NCBI GenBank assembly: GCA_973895155.1 | Contig: OZ316897.1 | Location: forward strand, 16,379,938-16,443,937 | Origin: Marsupella aquatica | Taxonomy: Eukaryota; Plantae; Marchantiophyta | Reading direction: 5' to 3' | DNA: 64,000 nt | In this document: piece after piece, positions 48,940-62,500 of the stretch | Numbering within the stretch: the stretch's first letter is position 1 | Layout of the letters: every line of letters begins with the position of its first letter | The notes under the pieces: generated by a model | Told to the model about the DNA's origin: nothing | The model's database searches: none | What the model saw: the letters and a program-made list of their open reading frames with translations, nothing else | Translations under genes and position numbers: made by a program

Positions 48940-49482
48940 CTATTCGATGAAACTTGCATCGGATATGCATCGGAGCACAAAAGGCTCAAGTGCATCAATT
49001 GTCTGATATCAAAACTATTGGAACACTCACATGCGATATTGGAAACATCAGACCCCTCATCCAATGTTCCAAAAGAGGGATCCATATTTAACGCTTTGGA
49101 ACCGTTTCCAATACTTTACCTTACGCAACCTATATCCGTAGAATTCTATTACAAAAAAAATCTCCGTTGTAATAAATATTGGAAATCTCCGATGGTGTCT
49201 ATAACGCACATTGTATCCGATAACCTGAAGATTGGACCTTTGACAATACTGTTCCGGTCAAATATCCGATTCATTTTGTTTCAGACAGTTTCCAAAGTAA
49301 CAAATCTGGGATATTGGTTGCGTTAGGAAACACATCGGACTAACTAAATCCGATGCAGTGCACATCGGACATTACAAAGGTATTTGTATCGGACAGTGTC
49401 CAATTCGATCTCTCCGGTTCGGACATGACAAAATAGTCGCGTTTTGAGTATCGGAAAGTCATCAAAAATGTACTAGCTAGTG
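48940..49482. mobile_element. CACTA right end with subterminal TCGGA/TCCGA repeats
   Basis: Ends ...GTACTAGCTAGTG (reverse complement CACTAGCTAGTAC) at 49482; many CATCGGA/TCGGAC/TCCGA motifs upstream. Confidence 0.8.
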
Positions 49483-52312
49483 AACAAGACCTAATCATGC
49501 GCCAGCAATTGCAGTTCCACAGCTCTCATCAACAAGTCATGAGGAAGACGTCATGAAGCAGTGGAGGGCTTCAATTTCCAAAAAACTCATGACTAAGGAG
49601 GATGCCAGACTTGAACGTGCAGTGCGAAGATACAAGCGATGGGAAGCAAAGGTCGAGAGGAAGAGAGAAATGGCTCAGGAGGAACAGAATGAAGATGAAG
49701 GGGATTCGGATGATGGGTGATGGTATGGTGGATATGTCTAGAAGTGGCCGAAGGATTGAGTAATCCATAATGTAGATTGTGTATTTACACTTGTGGGCAA
49801 TGAGCAGAGATTTTTGCGAAGTTGTGCACTCTGCAATAGTCTTTGATATTTTTAGCCAGGTGAAATTGCCAATTTTACAGCTTGGCTTTGCCCTCTAGCA
49901 CTTTGTTCAGCATTGTGTAAGTTAGAATGCAGGGATTTTATTTAATTTAGAGAGGTAGTGCTATCTCCAATTCTGTAGCAAACAATCGGGCACAACAATT
50001 TTGTTGTACACAATGCCACTTCTGTAGGCAGTCAATTTGAAGGAGCACGATTGGTGCAAGTTTCAATTGAAGTTTTAAGTTTTAACACATTTGTACATGC
50101 AGGTCTTGGCCTACTTTCTAAACTTGACTAACATAATCAAATCTATGACCATTGCCTTTCAGATTCCACGAGTGCTCACATAATCATTTCAGAGCATGTA
50201 ATGTGTCTTTGAATCATGGATTGTTCGGGTGGCTGCCATATATATTGTTTCCAGTCAGAAGTGGGAAGTAGGCTTCCATGGCTCCCTGCTCCTGGCCTTT
50301 GGTCCCAATCTTGAGGTAGCTTTTCATCTCCTTCGTCCTCAACGTACAATCATGTTGTGTAAAATAACACAATGATGCTATGCATATTATTTGATCACAA
50401 CACTATAATGAATTCGTTCAAGATTCCGAATAATTGCAAATCTTGCTTGAAGAACTCCAAATGCTCTCTCAACATCCTTCCTTGCTCCTTCTTGGGGTAG
50501 CGAGGATCATCACTTATCAGCCACTGATAACTGATATCAACGGCTGATATCAGTTATCAGTTTTTCCGTTGAAATGTTTTTGAATCTCAGCTGAGCAACT
50601 GAGATAACGATTTTGCATTTCCACGCATCTCAGCTAGGCAGCTGAGATTGACTCAATCTCAGCTGACCTCGCCGAGATCGGCGGGTGGACAAAAAAAATG
50701 GGAAAAAAAAATTTAAAATTATTTTCTTGAAAATTTCAAAACCAAAAAGAAAATTGAAAAAAAAATCTGCCTAGATTCGGTGTCCGTACCGTACGGACAC
50801 CTGGTCATATCGGCTGGCCCCGCCGAGAAGCGATGTCCATACGGTACGAACACACATAGTGAAATTTTTTTTCAAAAAAGGTTTTTTTTTCTTCATCAAA
50901 TTTTGAGAAAAAAAATTAATAATGATTTTTTGGCATTTTTTTTCGGCGCCGCATCTTGGCGGCCTCTCTGAGATGATGTAACGACTGATATCAGGTCGAA
51001 TGATGAAAACGACTGATAACTGATGATGTTCCTTTACTCCTCCTTCTTGACATTTTCGAAAACCACTTCATGGCCTCTCCTTGTGGCAATGCAATAGTTT
51101 TAACAAAAATTGACCATTTTGGATATATCCCGTCTGTGAGGAGGTAGTATCTATTATACTCTACTCCATTTGCTTCACTTCTGAGCATATTGTTCACCAA
51201 GGGTGATCTGTCCACAGTGAGGTAGTTGTTGCATCCAAGGAGTCCAAAATATGCATGCCAGAATCACAATGACTGATCTGCTACTCCTTCTAGGACAATT
51301 GATTTCTCCCGTCTTTGTTTGTGAAAAGGCCTTGCCAGGCAATAGGGCAATTTTTCCATCTGTAGTGCATACAATCTAAAGAGCCAAACATTCCAGGGAA
51401 TCCTCTGGCCTCATTGATCAAGAATGTCTCTCCAAGTGGTGGGTTGTCTGAGATAATGTGCCTCAAACACCTCACGTCTGGCCCTACAAAATTTCTTCAG
51501 AGAGCCCAATGCAGTAGTTTCTGCAATTCAACAATACTCGTCCATGGCATCAGCAGAAACTCCGAGTGAAATCTGGCGAAGAGTAGCAGTAATCTTTTGA
51601 ATTCAAGAAAGACCCAATTTTCCAGCAGCATCTCGCTTCTGGATGAAATATTCATCATGTTCACAGACAACATTATGAATCTTCCAAAACAGGTGCCTTC
51701 TCATTCTAAATGGATGCCTAAAGTGAGCATCTGTGTAAACAGGATTGACTCAAAAATAGTCATCCCATATACATTTGTGCCCTACTTTCGAGTCGCGATC
51801 AATGTTCAGTGATTTTCCTGGCCTTGATCCACCACGAACCGACACCCTGTGCGGATTGTACCAATCCATCAGATTCAGTGGTTCATTGATTGTCGTCTCT
51901 TCCCAGAATTTTTGCTCTACTTCAAGCTCTGCCAATTTGTCTTGTATCTGCTTCTGAAATTTTACATGCCAATCTTGGTGCAAGGCTATGGTATTGATTG
52001 GGCTTGACATTCTTCAAAGGATTGGTGATGACAAGCAGAAGAACCAAGCCCACGCAAACTATGACATTTGATGCTCGTCCAGTTTTGTATCGACACTGTG
52101 ACCGAGTTTTGAATCATTTCTCAATGTTCGGCCTCAGGTTTGTACTCAAGCTCCCCCAGTTCGAACTACGTTAGTGTTTGGTGCGTGAATTTTGGTGTAC
52201 CGGTGGGGTATGTGACCGGGGCAGGTCTTAAGGTCGGAACGCCCCGAGTCTCATTTGGCTGGCTACTTTTGATGATGTCGCGTCAGTTTAGCAGGGTCCA
52301 ATGGGAGTGCTC
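49483..52312 (-). mobile_element. PIF/Harbinger element, left end missing; decayed transposase at ~50160-52010(-)
   Basis: RGFPGMFGSLDCMH.RWKNCPIAWQG, YYLLTDGIYP, QEGARKDVERAFGVLQARF; terminus CCAATGGGAGTGCTC|TTA (reverse complement GAGCACTCCC) with TTA target. Confidence 0.88.
50495..51040. mobile_element. Mutator-like MITE in the Harbinger transposase, 9-bp TSD TCCTTCTTG
   Basis: TSD at 50486-50494 and 51041-51049; imperfect long TIRs rich in CTGATAAC/GTTATCAG motifs. Confidence 0.85.
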
Positions 52313-52702
52313 TTAGAGCTTGGACATATCATCGAGGACAATCACAACAACCAAGAACAATAAGTATTCATACTGAGGGATCCAGAGAAGTCAATGAACC
52401 AGATCGATAATTAAATACACTGCTTGTTTCTTTACAGATATATACGGGATATATACTGAGATTGGCACTGCAATATTATACCTACTTTGAAAAAAACCTG
52501 GCCTAGTGCCGCATGATCCCGCACAGGATGACTGTGTCGATCATTCCTGATCACTCTCTCTATATATCATAACCCCAAAGATAATTAATATCTTCGAATC
52601 CATCCCTGGCATATGCTTTTGGTTTACTCTTTCAAAAAGTTGATGTTTCAGACGAACTGCCACCATCCTAGTGCATGGCTCATGATGTAGAAGACTAGGG
52701 TT

Positions 52703-55700
52703 TCATAAAGTGCCGGTAACTTCGTTCATAGGCCGACGTTGCTCGTTTTCTGATACGTACCATCTTGATACCATCTGGTACCATCTGCACAAAAGAGTAC
52801 CACTAGCTATATTAGCTTACATTCCCGGCCTTAATTTCTTCTTCGAACTAAGTATCATAACAAAACATCTAGCTAGATATTGATATATGCTGAAAGCAAG
52901 GAACCTGCAGATGTCAGGTCATGAAAGCAGTTTCTATGCTATTTGTTTGCACAAAATTTGAATTTAAATCACACTAACGGTGATTTCTATGGAACTAAAG
53001 GAAACCTTGTTGCATCTCCAAGATTGTCAAACCTCCCCAAGAATTTCCATCTGAGAAACATCAAAATGGATTCAAGTCAATTAACTAAAATTGCAGTACA
53101 AGATAACAAAAAATAGGGATTCCAGATGTTTTCTTCGGATATCGATTTACTATTCTGGCCACCCGTCTTGAACTACGTGGCACAGAAGATCTTCAAGAAT
53201 ATGAATAGATAATGATTTTTAATGTCTCACTTTTTATCAGCTTGTAGCTTGATTTTTACTTCAAACCTGCCTTCAGGGCATCTGGTCACCCCTTCGTCGA
53301 CATGAACATGCTTGGAAAGCCTGGCACGTTTATTCAGAAGTTCTCTGAACTGTTTATTGGTCAGTTTAGCCATCTGCAATAGATTTAAACTGTGTCAATA
53401 AATATTATTGCCATTATTTCTTAATTGAGTAAAAAGATTCTTCTCAGAAGATCATTAATCTGCAATAGATTAAACCTCCTCAACATCTACGCTATAATCA
53501 CAAATGCCTTTGTAGTTCGGCTGGGCAGCTGTAGCATCCAAATGCTTGAGACTTGCTTTATCATAGGCTCTGCACACCAGTTATCCAAATAAAGAACTGG
53601 AGATTAGCGGGGATTAGCCATGACGGATGCGATTAATTGTGCACGTAAACTCTGAATTACTTAATAAAACATATTTCGACGACTCACTGCACCGTGAAAT
53701 TCTATTTTCTCAACACAACAAAATTCAAAAAAGAAAACGTACAGCTAAGGAAGAAAACATTTCAATGTACTACAACAAACTTTGAACCTTACCTGGCTGC
53801 CTCCGTAGCTGATCCATATGAACCTGGAATATATATATAACAAGGAAGCGTTTAGAATTGTCCTCAAGACACGCAAAATAGTCTTATTCGTGTTGGAAAT
53901 GAAATGCCTTTTAAGAAATTCTACTAACAGGAAATGAATTACGCGAGGAAAGAATCGCATGATGCGTGTAGAAACATGCTGGGCTCTTAAGGTAAATACT
54001 CGCCTACATAAAATTGTTTTCCGTCCCTGCAGAATGAGTAGCATTACAGTGATTTAGTATTACATTTGAGTACTTCTGATTTGACCTTGATGGACCTTAA
54101 TTACTAGCTGCATGATCGACTTCAACAAAGTACATGATTCTTTCCTCTATTCAAGAGTGTATATAACTTGGATATATTTTGTAGGTTATCCTTCGAAAAG
54201 TATAGGCCTGAACAACGCACTAGGGCGGTGGCCGGAGAAGAAACATTGGAGGAGCTGATCAGAGTACGTACGTATATGAGTGAGAACTAGTCATTAAGCC
54301 ATATTAACCACACCGAAAAACTCCTGGAAATGCTGCGTAATATCCCAGTCACGAGCCCCTTATGGTGCATGCATGGACAACAGATAAGATTCAAGTACAA
54401 ATCTACTGCTAATTGACTGGCAGTTTCGTACCATATGTGGGCCGTCCAACGACCGATGCGTTTGTAGAAGTTGATACCTAGAAGTCCAAGCTTCGTCGGA
54501 TCTGGAAGACAAACACCGTTCCGTATCTCCAATAAATCAGCTTCAGACTTATTACGTGTCTTCACAGAAGCAGCTCCAGTGTTTTGGGGTATCTTCACGG
54601 AATCATCTGTGATATATACATCACAAAAAAGCACTTTATTGCTAGTGTCTTTGATCAGGACATGCCAAACAGTCTGACCTAATTCTTAAAATTCTTCATA
54701 TATATTGGAAAACACGTCTCTTATTCAATATCACAGGAAATGAAGTGCACAAAGAAAGAATTGCATGAAGCGTCTAAGTAGAACATGCTGAGTGGACTGT
54801 TAATTAAGGTAAGTACTCGCCTATGTAAAATTTCTTTCCATCCCTGCAGAATCAGTAACATTACAATGAATTAGTATTACGTACGTTTGAGTCGCGCGGA
54901 GTTTGAGTAAATGATTATTCAGCTTATTTCACCAATCAACTTCGATCATGGACTCAACAACATATATATATTAACCACATCAAAAAACTCTTGAGCCCGC
55001 TTGAATGCATAAACAATAGATAAGACTCAGAACTCAGAAGGATACATGCGAAACAGCACTACGTTTCAATTGTTCAGGTTCAAGTAAAATCCACTGGTAA
55101 TTGATTGGCATTTCATACCATATGTAGGCAGTCCACCCACAGGTGCTTTCGTTGTAGACAGCGATACCATTAAGGCCAAGCCTTGTTGGAGCTGCAGGAG
55201 CACGAACACCCTTGCTTATCTCCAATAAATTGGCTCCAGTGTTTTCGGATGTCCTTACAGAATCAGCTGGAACTCTCACATATGGTACCATCGAGTTTGT
55301 TCCACTATTCTGAACCGTCAATTGTTTTTGGGGACGCTGGTGCAGTTGCACTGCTCCAGTAGTGGTCCCGGTAGTCTTCCCCTTCAATGTTTGTCGGGAA
55401 CTCTCCTGAGGTTCTACTGCTCCAGCAGTCTTAACCTTCCGTGTTTTTGGGGGACTCTCCTGAGTTTGCACAGCTCCAGCAGTCTTAACCTTCAATTTTT
55501 TGGGGGGACTCTCTTGTAGTTGCACTCGCCTTTCACGGGACTTCTCATCATATAAGATGGCCTCTTCCCCTTGAGCCATTCCTATGTAGTGCTGTCCTGA
55601 CCGAGTTGTATATGCTCGAAAATCGCCGCAGGCCTCATTCGCCACAAAGTTCTGAGACTGAGGATGAGGAGTACTTCCCCACTCTGCAAGGCGAGTGGCG

Positions 55701-55915
55701 GCCTCTACCAATATGTACAAATTGGTAAAGTCAGCAGCACCCATCATGGTATTCTCTTCAGTCTTCCAAGGTCGTTTTGCATTTGTCTGCGGCTTCTGGG
55801 ACTTTCCAGTTGTCCCAGGATTTCTACCCTGCTTGGACATAAACCTTGTACTGCTGCCTCGGGCGTTCCTCTTAGATAATGACGATAGAATCAAACCTTT
55901 CCTTATAGAAACCAT
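52703..55915 (-). CDS. Divergent euAP2-type AP2-domain protein, ~470 aa, 9 coding exons
   Basis: Exons 55915-55119, 54843-54821, 54606-54432, 54026-54004, 53823-53793, 53569-53476, 53373-53231, 53050-53006, 52784-52703 splice in frame. They give GINFYKRIGRWTAHIW|DGKQFYVG|SYGSATEAAR|AYDKASLKH...|M..LTNKQFRELL..R...GVTRCPEGRFEVKI|WKFLGRFD, matching euAP2 intron positions and micro-exon sizes (23/31/94/143/45 nt). Confidence 0.8.
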
Positions 55916-57234
55916 GTTGGATCTGTACGTTATAATCTTGGCGCACCTATAAAGAACACCAGCAGGACAAGTCAGCTAGCTAGGTTGTGAAGGCTGTCAC
56001 TTCTAGTTTTCTCAATATGTAGATAATCAAATTAGTCCATCTTAATTCTAAAACCTTCAGTCCTGTATATCATCCATAGTAATTCCAGTTCTAGCTCTGA
56101 AAATGGATAATCATGTCCGTAGAATATGCTTCTTAAAGTACAAGCGGGAGACCCCGATATCGCTCACTTGGAAAAGAGTTTTCACTAATAACATCCCACA
56201 GACAAACGAACAGTGACCTACTGTCTGTACGTCCTGATATAAAATGGACGCATCTTAAAATTAATGTTGCCTGGTATGTGACTTCCCTGATATATATGAT
56301 CGAACAGTACGAGATTTTGACATACCTTTAAATTCAAGGAAATTCAGCACTTCCCTTCAATTATTTGGCAATTAGGGTAGCGTAAAGAGAAGAAATATCA
56401 GATCCCTGAATCAGTGACATGCAAGAGAACAGTAAGCAATGGAAATGCTTACCTCTATCTCCTAAACCCTAAACTCCTCGGCTTGAATAAGCACGTACAC
56501 CAAATCTCGACAGCAATCTTGTAAGCGTCAATGCTCAAGTCCAAGTGCACAAAAAAGCATCAGGCACCGAAACACTTTGCTGAATGATGCAGGCCAAATG
56601 GAGAAGCCAGGCTTAAATGAACATAGCACGGAGAAATGGCGCAATGATAGCCCCGGCTCAGTGACTAAGGACAGGCATTGCGGACTTTGTTACGGACAGA
56701 GTGACCTTGCTTGCATGCTGACTTAGAGGGACAGTGCCTTTGATGTGTTACTGACTCTTGGAACTGGCTTCACGAGTGAGGAAAGGTAGTTTTAATAATG
56801 TGTTACTGGTTACTGGGACTGGGCTCACGAGTAAGGACCGGTCCGATAATGTGTTACTGACTATGGGCTCACGCGCAAAAGCTAGTGTGAGTAATATATT
56901 TGTTATCTGTAAATTTCACACTAAATTCCTTTAATTAGTAAACCACTAAAGACTACGGACTTAATTAAGGTACATGGTGTAAAGTATGATAAACTTCAAA
57001 ATATATATGTGCACGTTACTTATAATATTTCCCGGCTACTAATTGTAACCAAAGACATTTAAAAATTAACTTTTGACAGAAATTTAGAATTTTTATATTT
57101 AATAAGGTATTTAAAAACTTTTCAAAGTTATACTATAAAGGGTAGAAGGGTTTTTTAATTCAAATTCTTTTTCAAAATATTTCTTTTAATCTTATTCTTT
57201 GTTCTCACATATAACACTAAGTGATGCCCAGGTT

Positions 57235-57422
57235 GTACATACAGTTGTTTGCTCCTGTATTAAAAAAGTTGCATAATTTGGCTTTGATCAAGATTTAGCA
57301 CATAAAACAAAGGTTTTATTTATGTTTTTGAATTGAGTGGTACAATAGTTATAAGACTAAATTTAAACTTCAGATGGTCAATTGGATATAAAGCAGCAGT
57401 AGGAATTAAAAACTTGCCTTAG
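57235..57422 (-). mobile_element. Degenerate relative of the 19727-20202 MITE
   Basis: Reverse complement of ~57330-57422 aligns by eye to 19752-19845 (taaggcaagtttttaattcct...ttatatccaattgaccatct...tttagtct). Confidence 0.7.
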
Positions 57423-57435
57423 GGTAGGGTTATTA

Positions 57436-58345
57436 TGTGCAGCAGGTTGGTCTTTTGGTTTAGGTAAGCACCCTTACACTCAGGTTATTTTTCATAGAAA
57501 GGAGTAGGGGCCAAGTTGGACCTGCCGTGCAAAAGTACACAGTCAGCAAGACCCGTAAGTAAGGGAGGGAGTGCCAGGCTGGACCAATCAAGTCACCTAG
57601 ATATACAAAAAAAATGCTTTGACTTGTGAAAAATACCTTGCAAGAGAGTGAGACCAAGATGGGCCCACCAAGCAGCCACGAAAGCGGGGTGTGGGGCATG
57701 CTGGACCAACCAAGCCAGCTAGGCACACAAGCACACTACGACGAGGGCTAGTAAGAATGATCGGACGGGAGGCAGGGGAGGGATGGATGGATGGGATTGA
57801 GGGGCCGGTCGGATGGGAGAGGCCAGTCGGATGGAAGGCGGAGTTTGAACCAACCAAGAAGCCTGGGCACAAAAGCACCTCACACCAAGCCGGGAAGGCA
57901 CGGATCGAGGGAGAAAGGGAAGATACAGGAACTAGCTCCACTATATAAAGAGAAAGCCAAACAAGGCGACACTTACAATTGACGAAACGAAATTTAGGTC
58001 AAGTCAGCTCGCACTCGTGAACTAATCGCGGCGCAGGACGGTTCGTTCACAGTACTTCAGAGAGGCAGGGTTCTTCTAACTCCCTCTTGTGTTATCATTT
58101 ACTTGTTCAGGGGTCTTGATGTAGTAACTTGTGAAGCTAGTTAGCTTAGATCGAGCACCAGATCGGAACACCCCGTACCCGAGTGACCTTGATAGTCCCT
58201 TCTTCTAGTCAAAATAGCCACAGAAAATAACTGCTAGTCGCGGCTAACAATATGGCCTGTTAAGAATCCCTCCATAGGTTTTTCAAAGTAACTGGCGGGG
58301 CAACGGGGAAGACTCCAGAACGGCTTCAGCCGTGACTACTGCACA
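57436..58345 (+). mobile_element. LTR-like remnant of ~910 bp, with a diverged partial duplicate at ~58560-58665
   Basis: TGTGCAGCAG...CTACTGCACA termini, CTATATAAAG at 57941; no matching TSD. Confidence 0.5.
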
Positions 58346-59864
58346 AACATGTTGATTTCGAGATGTAGCGATGTGTTGCAGAGTGCAGTTCGCCTGTGGA
58401 TTTGATTTGCGTTTATGTTTCTAATCCATTCACTTTGCCCAACTTGTTCTTTACTAGGTCGCCTCTGTACACAGGAAGAGAGATACATACAAGACCGCTC
58501 GTGCGCACTGCTTAAGAGAGGTAAGCTTCTTCTATTGATTCCTCCTTCGATATGTCTTAGCATTTTACTTGTTCAGGTGTCTAATATTACGGCATTTGAA
58601 GTCAGCTTAGAGCAGTCGAGTTCGAGCACTCCCACCACCCAGTACGTGACCTAAGTAGTCCCCTGCATGCATCAATCTCACAGGGATGTGGTCAAATGAG
58701 AGTCAGAAAACACGGACTATTTGCTTTGCTGCTGGGTGGCCCCTAGAGACCCTCCAACAGGTCCTTCAATGTAGTCGTGGCGTCCTCCAAATGGAATCTA
58801 CGGTGCTCCATGACCTAGCTTGCATATTTAGTGGAAGTATGACTAATTAGCTAGCTGCACAAAAGAGATGTACGTAGTGATGTAGCGCATAGTTAGTGGA
58901 CTTACTCACATAGAAGCATCTCATCCACTGAGTCAGATAGTCGACTGCATTTGGTCAAAATGAAGACAGAAATACCGAACTATATTGATAGTTTGCTGTC
59001 ATTTGGCCCCCCTAGGGGATATATCCCTCTTAGGGTTCTTCAGTGTAGCTAGCTAGCTAGTCGGTGACATACTCCTACACATGTAGCGGTGTGTGTAGTG
59101 GAACTGCACTAAGTGCTAATTTGATCTTTTGATGTGGTTTTCTGCTCCTAGGGTTTCTGATTGTGAGTTCACTTTTGTAAAACTTCCCTTTCTAAGTTCC
59201 GTTCGTTCACGTACCCAACGGTTTTCATACATGTTGATTATTTTGTCCTGTGTCTTAGTTAGCACTATACTCGTTGAGGGATCGTAGCACCCCACTCAGT
59301 GAGCTAGATAGTCGATTGCATCTCGATCAAAATAATAGTAAGGAAGTACTGACTATGTAGTTCCGGATGTAGTTCCTGCTATGTGGCAACCAGAGGACCC
59401 CTTCACAGGCTCTTCCATGTAGCCGCGCTATCCTAAAAATAGAGTAGACATTGCTCCTAGCCTTAAATTTGGATCTGTAGCTGCAGGCCCAAACGAAGTT
59501 CGAGTCATATAAGTCTAATGCACAATAATGCTGATATCGAGATTTAGTGCCGTAGTGCAGACTGCATGTAGTGCCCCTAGCTAAGGAGATGGTCTTAATT
59601 TCCAAATTGACATTTATGCATTCTATCATGCTGTTAAGCACCGGGTAGTGATTTCATTTTCCTGGGTTTAGAAGACATCATAAAATGTTAATTATCTTCA
59701 ATCATTGTTTTTTAGAGAAATAATAGGAGTAAGCTAGAATGTAGCAAACCAATGGAATTTTTGATAGTGAATTCTCTGTTCATCGATATTCAGAGGTTTG
59801 CGTATGTTTTTCAATGTTCATAGTCCCCAGCAAAATGACTTTTAAGACTATTGGGGCAGATTGA

Positions 59865-62500
59865 ATGGAGACAGTTGAAAACGCTGGAGGTGACTTGTCG
59901 GAGATATGCAGCGGTGTTCGAGTTCTTGATCCAACTGGGCTTGGCCACCGGCTTGGCCTTCATGGTATCGCAGTCTACAACAAAAGAAACGATTCATGGA
60001 CAGCTTACATATGGTATGAAATTAATGCCGATCATTTATCAGAGGTTCTTTTTATCTGAATCTGAGCTTACGAAGTGCTGCTAACGTATACTCTCTTGGT
60101 CGTCCTTGTATCTCAAACTGGTTCATGCATGACCTTTACATTGAGCAGTATTTTCAGTTGTTTTGGGTAAGTGGTGAATTGCAGCTGGTGAACATTTTTA
60201 CTAATTAACTCTAATAATCTTGCCCCTAAGTAGTGCATATATAGGTTGTTAAGGCCGGCCTATACTTTGGGCACGATGACTCAAACCATATGAATCCAAG
60301 AAACATGCACGTACTAGCTTGTAATCGAAATGGCCGGAATAAAGCATCGTGATGTTGAGATCATGATTTTACTAAAGTATAGTCTAAATTAAAGTACTCA
60401 AATGTAATACTAAACCAGTGTAATGTTACTCATTCTGCAGGGATGGAACAAATTTTGTCAGAGGTGAGTACTTACCTGAAGAGCCCATCATCATGTTTCT
60501 ATATGCATCATGCAATTAATTGTTTTTACTTCAATTCATTTCTTTAATAAAATAAGCTAGATGTCATGCAATTGTTTTTTGTACAATACATTTCCTCTAG
60601 AAGCTATTTAAGAAGAGATCCTGTATGTTTCAATTCAAAAACATAAAATTCTTCTGTTAGATTTAGGTCAAACTGTAACGTATGTCCTTGACACTTAAGA
60701 CAGTGTTGTTGTTATACATTGCCAGATGATTCTGTGAACACACCTGAAATTACTGGAGCTGATTTCTTGGAGATACGCAACGGTGTTTGTCTTCCTGATC
60801 CAACCAAACTTGGCCTTCGTGGTATCAACTTTTACAAGCCCATGGGTGGTTGGACAGCCCACATATGGTATGATCGAAAATCCGGTCAATCACAAAAGGA
60901 CGTAGATTTGTTTTGAAATTCAACATAGTGCTGCTGACATATTCTCTCTGGGTACTGAATCTTACCTGTGGTCCATGTATAGATTATTAGCGGGGCCTGG
61001 GGACTGAGTGTGATATTCAACAGCATTTTCAAGAGTTTTTCGGTGACTGGTTAATTTAGCTTATGACTAATTCTCACTCCTATACTATGTATGATCAGCT
61101 CCACAAATCTTCCTGCCCCGCCCTAGTGCATACGTTGTTTGAGCACGTTAATGTGGAAGGACGACGTACCTACAAATAACATCCAAGATTGATCTATACA
61201 ATCGGATCCATGCATTATAAGTATCAAATTAATGTCATACTAAATCAGTTTAATGTTACTCATTCTGCAGGGACGGAAAGCAGTTTTACATAGGCGAGTA
61301 CCTACCTTAAGAGTCGAGCGTGATTCAATTTCATGCAATTGATTTACTTTTAGTACTATTTAATAAGAAGCTTTTACCTTCCAATATAGAAAACTTTAAG
61401 ATTTGGGTCAAGTGTTTGCATGTCCTGAATACAGTCCTAAATTTTGCTTTGTTGATATATCCCAGGTTTATATGCATCTGCATCAGAGGCAGCCAAGTAA
61501 GGTCCAGTTTTTTCTTCTGGTGTTGAAGAATAGAAGTATACATTGAACTGAGACTCTGAAATATTGAATAAGTAGCGTACTCACACTTTAATTATATGCA
61601 CTATACCCATCACGGCTAATCCGGGGCCGGTCTAATCTCCAGTCCTTTGTTTGGGTGAAATGGTCTGCAGAGCCTATGATAAAGCAAGTCTCAAACATTT
61701 GGATGCTGCAGCTGCTCTGCCCAACTACAAAGGCATCTATGACTACAGTGGAGATATTATGGAGGTAGGTACTCTCGATATTTGTTTGAAATTAGTGATG
61801 TTCGGAGAAGGATCTTTCCATACAAATTTTTAAGAAGTACCGGCAGTATTAGTTATTGATATATACTGTACATTTGAATCTATTGCAGATGGCTCCACTC
61901 ACCAATGAAGAGTTCAGAGAACTTTTGAGAGAACGTGCCAGACTTTCCGAACATGTTCATGTAGAGGAAGGGGTGACTCGATGCCCTGAAGGCAGGTTTG
62001 AAGTACGAATCAAGCTCCAAGCTGATGACAGGTGAGACATCAAAATCATCTTCTATCTAGCTGTATTCTCAAAGGTTTCCTCTGCTACGTAGTTCACTAT
62101 ATATGTGTGACCACAATATAAGCAAATCCATAGCCAAAGAAGAAAACATCGGGAATTCCTGTTTTTGTTATCTAGTTGGACTGCAATTTTAGTAGTTTAA
62201 TTGAATCGGTGTTCATGTTTTTCAGCTGGAAATTCTTGGGGAGGTTTGACGATCTCGAAGATGCAAAAAGGTTTCTTTCATTTCCGTACCAGTATGACTT
62301 AACTCCTTTGACCTAGATATCAGCTTCCTTTCTTTCAGTACCTAGATGTGTTGCATGCACAGTTATTTAATAAAAAGAAACGCCTGCAGGCCGGAAGGTA
62401 AGCTAATTAATATAGTGGTACTCTTTTGTGCAGATGGTACCAGATGGTATCAAGATGGTATCAGAGACAAGCAATTCAGCCTGAGCGGGAGCCAAGTTAG
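59865..62500 (+). CDS. Paralogous divergent euAP2-type AP2-domain protein, ~238 aa, lacking the long N-terminus
   Basis: Exons 59865-60013, 60441-60463, 60726-60867, 61271-61293, 61466-61496, 61671-61764, 61889-62031, 62226-62270, 62434-62500 splice in frame; same exon sizes and recognisably homologous introns as the minus-strand copy. Confidence 0.78.

Noticed and set aside
56460-56475. CCCTAAA telomere-like motifs (also 16861, 63207)
   Set aside because: Only one or two units; consistent with telo-boxes or chance.
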